A DNA stretch of 61,826 bases, the filler included, from Rhabdomonas costata (Eukaryota), in the NCBI GenBank assembly GCA_019059605.1. It is 28 parts of 28 records of this genome, joined end to end, with 100 filler letters (N's around TTAATTAATTAA, not from the genome) between each part and the next. Parts side by side here need not be neighbours in the genome. Positions count along the whole stretch, not along the records: positions 37,602 to 39,712 come from JAHMHO010005558.1; positions 39,813 to 41,923 come from JAHMHO010005559.1; positions 42,024 to 44,142 come from JAHMHO010005560.1; positions 44,243 to 46,353 come from JAHMHO010005561.1; positions 46,454 to 48,564 come from JAHMHO010005562.1; positions 48,665 to 50,774 come from JAHMHO010005563.1; 22 more parts are not named here. One strand, written 5' to 3'. Each line of letters begins with the position of its first letter. The first letter of the stretch is position 1. Under the pieces are notes generated by a model. The model was given only the letters and a program-made list of their open reading frames with translations, was not told the DNA's origin and ran no database searches. This document shows positions 37,502-48,681 of this stretch, piece by piece. The translations under genes and the position numbers were made by a program.

Positions 37502-38393
37502 NNNNNNNNNNNNNNNNNNNNNNNNNNNNNNNNNNNNNNNNNNNNTTAATTAATTAANNNNNNNNNNNNNNNNNNNNNNNNNNNNNNNNNNNNNNNNNNN
37601 NACCCGTGTGTTGCTCTCTTCACAACCTACCCTACCTATGCATAGCAAACACTATTCAAACGGTGAACTTCATGAATGAGTGGTGCTCCCTAATCAAAGG
37701 GCTAATTAGCGGAGGAGGGGATTATACAGACCCAGTACTAGCAAGCGTTTTCATTAGCTTCGACCCGCGAACGGGGGGAGGGGCACCAATACGTACTGGG
37801 TGAAAACGGCTTTGCGTGTCATATCGCGGTGGAAACTTTTATTTGGCGAACTCAAAAAGTAGGATTGTGAGCAATCTAGTGCACACCAAACACAGTTTCT
37901 CCCCTGTAAAACTCTTGAAAACCCAACTTCAGACCAAAGAGAGGTCACACAACGCTTTCCAAAACACAGAGAGGTCACCGCCTTTTTTTAAGTCAGTGTG
38001 GATTTTTCTCCTCCCGAGAAACCTCTAGTAAGTCGGAAAGTGTCCCATTTTTGGACAAAAAGGCACACCAAACGAGAACCTCATAAGGCCAAAATAAAAT
38101 GTCCACCGCGATACTTTCGAGAATGGCAAAGCCGTTAACTCCATAACCACATAAGTATCTTGTGAAGAAGAGGATTGCAAGCTAAGTCCTACACCCTGAC
38201 TTTGACACGACATTATCATTTTTTTCCCAGTGTCTGTCTGCCACACCGTTCCCGAAACCTCAAAAACTTTAACAACCGATCGACTAGAGACAGCGTATAC
38301 TTTTCGTTTTGAATTTGACGGACAGCAAAATGTTGTACGTCTGAAAAAAACCTTCCTTAAGAAAATGAGCGGGTGGGTTTGCAACATTCGTAC

Positions 38394-39204
38394 CTGTTCC
38401 ACGTAGCCGACCTGTGGAGAGAAGCCGTGGCCCACCGTGGCCTGGCCATCGACGTACATCGTGCCCGTAATTTTTCCTCCTGTCTTTCGCCCTGGGCATC
38501 CGGCAGACAGCGAAAAAAAAAGGGGAGGAAGACACCGACAGGTCCTCCAACATTAGGAAAAAGTCTCATGTTATGGTCCGCGGCACCTCGTAAAAAAAGC
38601 ACAGCAATGACACGTTCGAACAAGGGGCGTGAGGATAGCAAAAATGCCACATTGCAAACCAGTTCAGAAAGGTGGCTTTTTGCGCATTTGAAAGCTGCTA
38701 ACTTCAGGCATTTTTTTTTTGCTGTTTTCCGGGTCATACCATCAAAAGGTGCTGTTCACTTGTGGGCAAGGAGGAAGCAGAAAGCACAGAAAAGGAAAAT
38801 CCCGGACCTCTGGCACATGCAGCAACTTCATTTTTCAGTGAAGATATCCTTATACTCCTAATGCAAGAAGTTAGGGAACCCGCTCAAACCCCCTGCTCAA
38901 GGTTAGATGAACAATTTAGGAACATTACTCTTGAATGGGGGGGGGTACTGGTGATGCTCATTGTATCAGCCCAGACTATTCACTCCTTCCCACCCCTCCG
39001 CGCGGCCGGCAGACCTGCCAAGACGTCCAGCAGGGTTGTCTTTCCAGCGCCAGAGGGGCCCATTAGGGCGGTAAGGGTGCCGGGCTTGGCATAGCCCGAG
39101 ATCCCGTTCAGCAGCACCTTCTCCTGCTTCTTGCCCCAGCACGGGAACTTCCGCACAGTGATAGTGTACGACAGCTTCTCCCAGGTCAGCACCATTGGGG
39201 CGGG
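38394..39204 (-). CDS. ABCG/PDR-type ABC transporter, second-NBD-type fragment (exons 39204-39015, 38491-38394)
   Basis: [10 protein letters not shown]...[49 protein letters not shown]...GYVEQ (Walker A, Q-loop). Confidence 0.95.
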
Positions 39205-39815
39205 CTATTCAACGACCCACAAAAAAGATGAAATCAGATGGTCGGCGGCATGGCAAGCAGTGCCGAGAGAGAGAGAGGGGGGGGGGAGGACTCATAAGGC
39301 ACCCCAAGCCTGACAACAGTGCTTTAGGACTCTCCGTGTCAGCACCCAGGCTGCTCAAGGGGCCTTTTCAATTCATCCACGCTCTCTTTGACGGGTACAC
39401 GATGTGACTTTTTCTTTCCGTCCTTTCTTCGCACAAACGCAAGCAAACCCGTCAAAAAAAAAGGAAAACCGATTGATGGGACAGTTGTTGGAGGGGGGAT
39501 GGGGAGGGGGCGAAAGGAAATTTCGCTTGTGGACCAATGGAATTTCATCGCTGAGTGGACCAGTGGGAACATAACAGTCTCAGGAGCGGAGGCCAGTCCG
39601 CGGCGCGGCCGGAGTGGGATGGGTTGGGACGTTCCATGGTGTGCGATGCTCCATTTATTGGTGCAAAACGTCCGAATTAGTCCTGTTTCTGGGCAGTTAT
39701 TATAGGCACGTGNNNNNNNNNNNNNNNNNNNNNNNNNNNNNNNNNNNNNNNNNNNNTTAATTAATTAANNNNNNNNNNNNNNNNNNNNNNNNNNNNNNNN
39801 NNNNNNNNNNNNGGT

Positions 39816-40460
39816 GTGGTGTGGAATCTGGATACTGGAAAGGAGGAGCGCAGCCTCAAGGGACATACTGCACCCGTTTGGGCGGTTGTCGTGACCCAGG
39901 ACAGAAAGTACATTGTCAGCGGCAGTAAAGACAAGACCATCAAGGTGTGGAACCTGGATACTGGGAAGGAGGAGCGCAGCCTCGATAGACACACTGATTT
40001 GCTGGCGGGTTTTGGTGCCCAGCACGTCGCACCACCTGGGGTTGTTGGTGACGGCAGCACGGGGTTATCTTCCGTTAGTTCTCTTGTTATGAGTGTTGGG
40101 TACCGTCACCATGTCAGTAATGTTCAGTATGTGCTTCTCTCCGATGGCGCCGGCGCCCCTCCAGTTCTTTGCAGAGGCAAATGGTCACCCACCACCACCA
40201 AGGATGATGCGGATGATGGCGAGGATAATGACGGTGATGATGATGACGATGACGACGACGACGATGATGATAGTGACCACCACCACCACGATGACGATTT
40301 TGATGGCGATGACGACGACGACGATGATGATGATGGCGACCAGGACGACGATGACGATGGCCGCAACGACGAGGAAGACGACGACAACGACCATGATGAT
40401 GGCCACGACGACGATGATGATTTTGATGTCGATGATGACGACAGGGGCGACGACGAGTAG
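39816..40460 (+). CDS. WD40-repeat protein C-terminus with in-frame Asp/His-rich tail
   Basis: VWNLDTGKEERSLKGHTAPVWAVVVTQDRKYIVSGSKDKTIKVWNL; 126-nt repeat period; frame open through (GAY)n to TAG. Confidence 0.75.
   Translation: MVWNLDTGKEERSLKGHTAPVWAVVVTQDRKYIVSGSKDKTIKVWNLDTGKEERSLDRHTDLLAGFGAQHVAPPGVVGDGSTGLSSVSSLVMSVGYRHHVSNVQYVLLSDGAGAPPVLCRGKWSPTTTKDDADDGEDNDGDDDDDDDDDDDDSDHHHHDDDFDGDDDDDDDDDGDQDDDDDGRNDEEDDDNDHDDGHDDDDDFDVDDDDRGDDE
40201..40457 (+). repeat. Degenerate GAT/GAC trinucleotide tract
   Basis: About 250 nt of mixed GAT/GAC with CAC, GGC and AAC interruptions. Confidence 0.9.
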
Positions 40461-41263
40461 GACTCTTCTTTTCTGATCTTTCTCACACTCCCTGCACGTC
40501 CTTTTATGCGTCGGATGCCCCTTTCCTCCACTCACAGCTGTGGCGTTGTTTTCCCACCTATTCGTCCTAACTGTGCTATGTGCTCTTTTTTCCTTTGCTT
40601 GGGGTAACCCTTCCCTCTTTTCTGTTCTTTATCTTATGTGCTTCAGCACACCTGACCGACAGAGAACTTTTTGTTGTATCCATTTTCAGAATGCCGCTGG
40701 TGGATGGTGATGTTGAACTAACTAATTCAGAACTCAAGCTATCTCTTTTTTGCTTGTATGGTTTGCCATTTTTGTTGTTGTTGTGAGTGTGCTTTGCTGT
40801 TGTGCATGTCCATCTTCTGCCCGCAAACTGCCTGTTTGCACTATGGTGGATTGTGTTGTCTTTTGGCTCTTGATCTTCGCCTTCATGAAGAGAATGACGC
40901 AATGGGAGCTCATTTTGAGTATACAATCCAGTGTTTTCGACGCTCACTGGAGCACTTTGACCACTGTTCTGCTCCGGACGGGCCTAGATGGACTTTGGAT
41001 GGGCTAGAGTTTGAGCCATCCCCCGTGTCCATTTTGATCCGTCCGTCCGCAGAGGCCCTAAACCTGAAGCTCAGCACAGTGAAGAGGATTCTCAAGGTGA
41101 GCGAAAAAAGCTTGCTAACAAGTTGCTTGTGGTGGGTGCCGCTTATTTTGACAATTGCCCACCTTCTGCTGTTCTTTCCATGTTCTTCATCTGCTGTTTT
41201 TTTGTTCTGTTTTCTTGCCAGACCCGACTGAGTGTTTTTGGTAAGGCGTTCTTCTATTTTGCC

Positions 41264-41813
41264 ATGCAACCTTCTGGGGTTTGGCGCATCGTGAGTGGGG
41301 TGGCTGTTCAGGAAACTCCTGGCTTGGGCTTGACACTTGTTGCCACACAAGACGTGAATGCTGGAGAGGTGCCTGTTCTGCTTCCTTCGTGTTGCTTTAC
41401 GCCTGAATTATTGTGTTGTTTGTAAGTACCTTGTGGTATGACAAATCAAAAAGGTTGTTTTTAGCGAAGCTCCTCTGGTGGAAGTTCCCCTGCAGTGGGA
41501 TCACGCGACTGCCGTGAAGTACGCTGATGTTCCTCTCGAGGCAGCAATGCAAGTGATGGTTTGCCAAATTTTCCTTTTTTGTACCATGGACAAGTGTTTA
41601 AATGAAACGCCACAGTTTCTCGGGACTCGACAGACAGGGTCGAATCCCGAGGCCGAGTTTGCGATGGTTGGCGCTTTTCCTATACGTTACTTTGATCTTT
41701 AGGAACTTGAGGGGTTGCTTTCCTCGAACGAGGCGCGTGAAGCCGTTCTGCAGCTGTCCTGTCCGACCTTCTCCGAAGAAGAGTCTCCCGCGATTGTGAC
41801 CCGGTGCCAAGAG
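41264..41813 (+). CDS. SET-domain (SMYD-like) protein, N-terminal exons (41264-41368, 41454-~41550, 41703-41813)
   Basis: VAVQETPGLGLTLVATQDVNAGE/VVFSEAPLV matches the SET N-terminal G.G.GL.A...I..GE.I..E.P pattern. Confidence 0.7.
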
Positions 41814-42075
41814 GTGTCGCTCATCACATAACTCAATTCACTTACCTTTCCCCTCAGAATGTTTGTTCACGGGTGTGGTGCCCCTCCCTCCGCTACTTTT
41901 CTCGCCGTTGGAAAACGTACATCNNNNNNNNNNNNNNNNNNNNNNNNNNNNNNNNNNNNNNNNNNNNTTAATTAATTAANNNNNNNNNNNNNNNNNNNNN
42001 NNNNNNNNNNNNNNNNNNNNNNNTGTTGTTGGTGTTTCATTCTCGATGTAATGGATGTGGGGGCTGGTCTGGACA

Positions 42076-42106
<31 letters not shown>

Positions 42107-42115
42107 TTCGCACAG

Positions 42116-43443
42116 GTCTGAGGAGTTCAAGTATGACGGCACTCGGGTGCACCTGGACCCCAGCAGCACGGCGAACTTTGTGGTCACTATCACACCGAGA
42201 TTCCGGGCCACTGCGAAGGCCCGGCTGACCTTCCTGTGCCGCCGCGTGGGCAGCATCAGTGCCACCATGGTTTGATAGCGTTTGTTCACGGGGGGGGGGG
42301 TGCAGTCAACAAAACTTAAGGCGGAAGAGGACACCCTCTCTCTGTGTTGCTTTTAGCAGAGGTGCCAAGACTTTATATGTTTGCATCGTCCAAACACAAA
42401 CACAAGCACGCACACCTTTTTTCTCACACTTACACTGCTTGCCGCTGCTCGTTGCCGCTTTCGTTTTTCAGGTCTTTTTTTTTTGGAGGAGGGGGGTGTT
42501 AACATGCCGAATCATTGAAAAATCGAACTCTGCAACCTGCCAACCACTGGGCAACCAAGGAAAAGTCGCCCCCCTTGCCCCAGCACCGCAACAACAACAA
42601 TAACAACTGCGCCAGCTACTGCCCCCTCTTGTCACATGGGATCACTCGCCTCTGGGGTGTGGTGTGTTGCCGGTGTGTGGTGGTGTTCAGGTGTTTGACC
42701 TGGTGACCGATGTGACCCACGAGGGAAGCACTGAGGTGCGCACCCTGGAGACCCCGCTGTACGAGCCTCTGAACACGGAACTCTTCGTGGAGAACCCCTT
42801 CCCCATAAGCGGAAGGTTCCTGCTGACCATTCGCCAGGAGCGCCTGCCGGTTTGTGGTGTGGTGTGGGGACGCACACGTATCACCGGTTTCGTTTGGCTA
42901 TAGTGTGGAATGAAGGATTAGGGTGAGCAGTTCAACTTAACAGGGTCAGGCTGTATGGGTGGGGGGCTCTTGCTGAAGCTGAGATAAAATGGTGTGGAAA
43001 ACTGAAAACAACACAAGGCAAAACATGTTCTAGCAAAACGTTTTGGGTTGTTTGTGACATCTCTGCTTCGCGGAAACCAATTTATCCGCTGTTTGAGGTG
43101 GTGCCATTGACCATTGGTCGTGGCTTCTGCCGGCTTCTTACGTGCGCGATCGATGCCAGCTCTGGAAAGACCGGAAAGACCGGAAAGACACGCTTGTGTG
43201 GAATAGTGTGGTGCAGTGTGGGTTTTTCTTTTGCAGCCCGAGGTCTCGGAGAGTCCTCGGGGGCGAGGGTCTGCACGGACCCGCGTGACGGAAGAGTCCA
43301 GCGCGTCGCAGTTTCCCGAGCCCTTCTTCTCCGCAACGGACATCCTTTCCATCAAGAAGCTGGACCGGGCCCGCATGGTGCTGCAGTTCCTGCCCTTCGT
43401 GCGTGGCACCTACCGCTGCCTGCTAGTGTTCCAGGATGACAAG
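42116..43443 (+). CDS. CFAP47-like flagellar protein fragment (exons 42116-42269, 42691-42849, 43237-43443)
   Basis: FVVTITPRF...ARLTF...ATM/VFDL; ETPLYEP...VENPF..GRF; LQFLPFVRGTYRCLLVFQDDK: tandem ASH/Ig-like domains as I recall for CFAP47. Confidence 0.65.
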
Positions 43444-44250
43444 GCATATGGCCAGCCTCCCTTCTGCTTTCCTCCGCCTGTTTCTGCCGTGTCTTTTCGG
43501 TCCTTCCAAAACCTTCCTACTGCGATATCGTGAAGTCCTTAAACTTGTCCATTCGGCACCCGCCCGACTTTCAAACTCTCTGAGAAAAACGCAACGGTCA
43601 GGACTGAAGCTGGGTTTTTGGACTTTGGGCTCGGTCCCCCTCGCTATTCAACCCCTTAAGTGATTAACGGAAGTAATTGCAGGGAACAAGTGTGGCGCTA
43701 AGGTGTTTAGCTCCGCGACGCCTGCCTGCGCGCAAAAAAGAACCTCTCCCAGTGGTTTCACCACAGTGTCTCCGCGTCACCTCATAAAAATCAGAACCCA
43801 AAATATATGCATCCAAAATCAAGCATTTTCGTAATTCAGAGAGGGGGTGGTGTTTTTCGTGGAGGTGGTTTACTTTGCTTTGTTTTTCTGTTCTTTGTGT
43901 CTCAATGCTTACCTCGGATTTTCGATATGACACGGGCCATATACCACCCGATTGCCTCTTCGACTTTTACGGAAGCGGTCGCCATTCCTGAGCATAAGTG
44001 AGTAGCGGGGTGGGGTGGGGGGACGAAAAAGACCCATGCAGCCCTTTCTCTTGCTCTCTCTCTCCGCAATACTTCCCTGACTTTTGACTGACAATACCCA
44101 TTGTGCCAAGGTGCTCCAGCAACCTTCTTCTTCGCTCCTCACNNNNNNNNNNNNNNNNNNNNNNNNNNNNNNNNNNNNNNNNNNNNTTAATTAATTAANN
44201 NNNNNNNNNNNNNNNNNNNNNNNNNNNNNNNNNNNNNNNNNNCGGTGCAG

Positions 44251-45864
44251 GTCAATTTCGCCGCGCATGCGGTGGAGCGCGTCGATGCCTCCGCCGTGTT
44301 CGGCTCTCCTCAGGTTTCTGCTCCTGTTCACACCTTTCATGCCCCCGACGCACCACATTTTGTGTCCCATGGGAGGAACGCACGGTTGCAGAAGTGCAAT
44401 TGCAAATTGCAGCGCATTTGTGTTTCCGTGTACGTTCGCATCGCGAACTTCACAATACGACCGACACCCCTATTGGGCTGCGTTTCTCTTTTTTTTTCCG
44501 CTTCAGAGCCGATACATCTACCGCCTTCTCTCCGAAACAAGCATGAACGACGCCGAGGGGGAGTGGATGTATGTCTGCACTCACCTCGCCGCTTGAAAAG
44601 TATCAGTGGTTTTGTCCCCACTTCTTGTAGCGGCTGTATTGGTTGTGGTGAAAGAGCTGTTAATTGAACCTGAGTTTTTTCTGTCATTTGTCTTTCATCG
44701 CCCTTCGCGCTCATCTTCCATCTTGCTCCTGCCCCAGGCCCCGTCCTTTTGCGGTGCTCTGGTCGCTTTTCTGAACTGACCACTCTCAGAACACTGCCAA
44801 TTGTGTTGCTATCTTGAACCCCGCCCCCTCCGCCGAGCTAATCGCAGCCTGCCGCCAGCCTGGTGGACTTTATTGCTTCAGGTATGCCCTGCGCAACGCG
44901 GACTACGCCCACTTTGAGGTCTTCAACAAGGGCTTCCGCAGCACCTTCGACGGTAATTACCACGAAGGTATTTGCAATCGCAATCCCCTGAACATACGTC
45001 AGCACCTTAGTTTGCATCAACTGGTTCAGCAGCTGGCAGTTGTCTTACGCCTTTGAGTGTATCTGGCAAACCGCTTTTGTAATTCCGTTCTCACCAGAAG
45101 TCCAGAGCTCGAGCTGTAGGAGTTTGTGTTTGTGGGAGTTACGTAGTTGAGTTTGTTGAAGGTTATCCTGTCACTATCCGGTGTACACAGTTTGATACAA
45201 CTGCTGCCTCTCCCTTTTAATGTCTGATAAACAGATAACAGAGAGACAGCCTGATGGTTTTCGTTACACCCCATGGGGTGGGTCTGGGCTGGGAACCTCT
45301 AGGACTGCAGCAGATCCTGCCGTTCATGAAGACTCTTGCCCACGAGAGCACGCTGTGGGAAGCCCTGCAAAGACTGCTGGCCAACCTCTGTGAGGTGTGG
45401 TGGGCCACTAACCCCGTTCATGCCCTTAATGATGCAGTAAATGGTGGTGACATTGTTCGGGATTTCGAGATGGGGTGGCTTTGTGTTATGAGGGCACGAC
45501 ACAGAACATCCTTGGGTCTTTGGAACCATAGGACCACGACCGCGCACACTGGCTCCAGAAGGTGGAAATTCGATGCTTGACTCCAACTTTTTTCAATTGT
45601 ACAATCCCGAAAATTTTTCTCTTTTTATACAATTCTTCATGTCAAAAATTGTAAAAGAATGAGAAATTTTTGTGAAAGTACCCCAAAAATTTGGTAAAAA
45701 AGGCCGATCTGGCGGATGAAATGACTTCCGGAACTTCAAATTTATCTCAGGTCACGGGGTGCATGAAGGGCAGGACCCCGTCTTCTTTCGAGGCCCTGGA
45801 GCCGGTCCTTGCTGCCTGCCCCGCAAGCGGCCGAGAGCTCACTCGGCCAAAGCTGCAGCCGTGA
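44251..45864 (+). CDS. 3' five exons of an unknown protein (44251-44313, 44507-44568, 44882-44967, 45303-45394, 45751-45864)
   Basis: Four GT-AG introns all join in phase: ...SRYIYRLLSETSMNDAEGEWMYALRNADYAHFEVFNKGFRSTFDGNYHEGLQQIL... Confidence 0.7.
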
Positions 45865-46877
45865 TTGATCATCACGCATGCCTTTGTAGACGCTATCAGA
45901 CCCCAAACAGGCACTTTGGGAGTGAGGAAACGTGCATGCTGATGCGCCAGCTGAAGGGTTCATCCCCCGCTTTGTGGGTTTTGTTCGTATGCCTGTTCCA
46001 AATCATGCGAAGGTGAAGTGCATTGTAAATGTGCGCGGTACCTTCGTTCACTCGCTATACAGTGGATGTGCAGACATACGTCCATTTCCATTTAGCCTCT
46101 CGCCAGCGCCAGTAGCACAGAGTTCGTTTGGCGCTGAGACTTTTTCGGTTTTTCCTCCTTCTTGTGCCACGCTGGTGAAAGAAAAGATGAATGAATCGTT
46201 GAGTTGCCCACATGTTCTGCTGCTTGGCGGCAGTCACTGCGAGAGTGTCCTCCTTGATGTCAAGGGGACGGTTTTGTGAGCGTGTTTTTCATCGCTTTTG
46301 CTCTGTGCCTGCTGTACTTGTGCCCATGTGTCATGTGTCTTTGCCCCACACCCNNNNNNNNNNNNNNNNNNNNNNNNNNNNNNNNNNNNNNNNNNNNTTA
46401 ATTAATTAANNNNNNNNNNNNNNNNNNNNNNNNNNNNNNNNNNNNNNNNNNNNTGTGTTTTGTTTCATTGTGTCATTCTGTCGATGTTGTCAAGCTGGCC
46501 ACTTTTCGCTGCCGTTGATCTCGTCTCTGTTTTTGCCTTCGTGCACATGGAATCGATGCCTTACATTTTGGTGACAGAAGTCCCTTCTTTTGCAAAAGCC
46601 CAAACACTTTCCATTTTGAATTCTGAGAAGATTTTCGGTGCAAAAGTACATAGCATGGGTGTTGCTTTTTCCGGCTAAGTCACATTCTCATGCATTCCTT
46701 TCGGTTAGACTCAGTCAGGTTGGTCCTCAAATCCTCAAATCTTGCTAAAGACAATGCACACCTGTACACTTGTTGGTCGATCAAATTCTGCTTCGTCAGC
46801 TTGTTTTCTGCTGCAGAACAGCCGCTTTGTCTCCAATGGACGCGATAGTTTCCAGTCGTCTCTCCCGATGGACTCAA

Positions 46878-47975
46878 ATGGCCAAAGTGGCGCTTGTTCT
46901 TCTGTTTCCAGTGCTCACAATGGGCCTGGACCCGACGCTGTGCAGCCGCTGCGCCGTGTGGTTCATGGCTTTGACATCACTGGGGTGACCAATTTGGTAT
47001 GTGAGACCCCAAATCCCCCCTCTTTTTTTACTGCTGCGGTTTCATACTGCCTTTTGGCTGCTTTCTTTTAGGTTGAGTTCAACGTGACCCAGTTCGCCAA
47101 TCTCACCAATCCCTGTGAGTGCTTTCTTCTTTGCCTGGAACACAACGCCACTTGTGCCAACTACGTCTGGAAGTTCACAGGTATTTCACCTGTGATGATC
47201 CGGCTTTTTTCACCGCCAATCATTGCGAAGAATAGGAGTCAGTATTTCCCAAGTTGTGTTTCCGTCTCCTCACCACGATTGCCGCGACCGGATCGGTCAG
47301 AGACATTTTAGGGGGGTATCAAGTTGCATGATGTTGGTCTGTGATAAAATGTAATACTGAACGTGCACTCATGCATCGCTTTTGATCACAACTTCAGCAA
47401 AGTGCCCGACGCTGCCTCAACTGTCAGTTCTACCGCATCGTTGTCCGAGTTGCTCGGAAATAAACATCACCCCAACTGTGGACTGATAAGAAGTAAGGAA
47501 GAATCGGTGACAGTCTTCAACGACGTCCGTAAAAATGCAAAAATGGAAGCCAGGCGGACAGCGAGAAGACGTGGCTCTTTCTAATCCTGGCTGTGAACCT
47601 TTATACTGTTGAACGACGTAAAACGACCACATGGCACTCCTTTCCCAAAACCCCGACGAGACAGCAAAAGAATTATTATGCTTGCAAAGTTTGTAGCCAT
47701 TATGCATTAGCGGGTATGGGTTTTGCTTTGCAACACAACAAGCGGACAGCGAGTTTCGCACCTGCACCCTGTACTCCAACTTCAACCTCCCCCCGGCGGT
47801 GACGCTGGGATTCAACCTCACCAGTTCTGTCGACGTGGGGGTCATTGGGAGCAATCCCCAGGCTGGGAGCCCGGTACCTCACTGCCTGAATCGGACTCAG
47901 GACCCCAACTCGCATGACAAGGCCTGTGTGTCTGGCCCCCTGTACATCTTGGACAACGACGGCTTTCTGTGCTAA
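46878..47975 (+). CDS. Small secreted Cys-rich PAN/apple-like protein (exons 46878-46996, 47072-47180, 47743-47975) with an apparent 1-nt frameshift near 46961
   Basis: Signal-like MAKVALVLLFPVLTMG; GFDITGV; CECFLLCLEHNATCANYVWKF; RTCTLYSNFNLP; ends FLC-TAA. Confidence 0.65.
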
Positions 47976-48681
47976 CTGGGGTAAAGGAGATAAATTTTTC
48001 CCTCTTGCTGTGTTTCGCGCACTTGGCTTTCTGTAGAAGTTATGAATTTCGAAGCTAATTTGCACATTCGGCTTTTTATTACTTTTTTTCGTTTGTGGTT
48101 TTCAATTGCAGATCGAGAGCGCGGGTTTTTTGCCTCCTATTGCCGAAGGTATTGTAGTAGGGTTAGGTCAGGCAGTATCTGCGTACCTTGCACCGAATGC
48201 ATTCGCTCCTTTATCGTTGGTTTTCCCGTGTTGAGTATTTTATAGAAACCAGCGCTGTACACTTTTCATCACCTTGATTACATTCCTCAAATATTTATAT
48301 CAAGGAGCTACCCCCATCTAGTCATTTCAATCGTTGAGGTCAGGCGTCTTTATCATGAATAAACTCGGTTAATGCAGCCTTTACAGCCGAACCACGATTT
48401 TGCATTGCGTGAATTAAGTACTTGATTGGTGGCTCTTTGGCGTTGATTCCCCCTTTTGCTAGAACAAACTCACATCCACGTCTGAATGCCAATGAATTGT
48501 TGCAGATATCTCCCACCGTTTTATGCACATTTCATTTATTTTCCAAATTTTTTACACACACACANNNNNNNNNNNNNNNNNNNNNNNNNNNNNNNNNNNN
48601 NNNNNNNNTTAATTAATTAANNNNNNNNNNNNNNNNNNNNNNNNNNNNNNNNNNNNNNNNNNNNAGAGGGGGCACGTCATT

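Noticed and set aside
17982..39204. Gene cluster or operon, such as two ABCG halves with neighbours
   Set aside because: They lie on different contigs and adjacency is artificial. They may or may not be the same gene.
40124..40535. Poly-Ser and poly-Ile/Val ORFs on the minus strand
   Set aside because: Antisense shadows of the GAY tract.
41632..41651. tRNA T-arm-like GGGTCGAATCCC
   Set aside because: No cloverleaf; it is one arm of a simple hairpin. I recognised no tRNA or rRNA in the window.
3560..42110. (GA)n, (GT)n, (CT)n and GAGT microsatellites (e.g. 3563, 3976, 15731, 15946, 42080)
   Set aside because: Ordinary intronic simple repeats.
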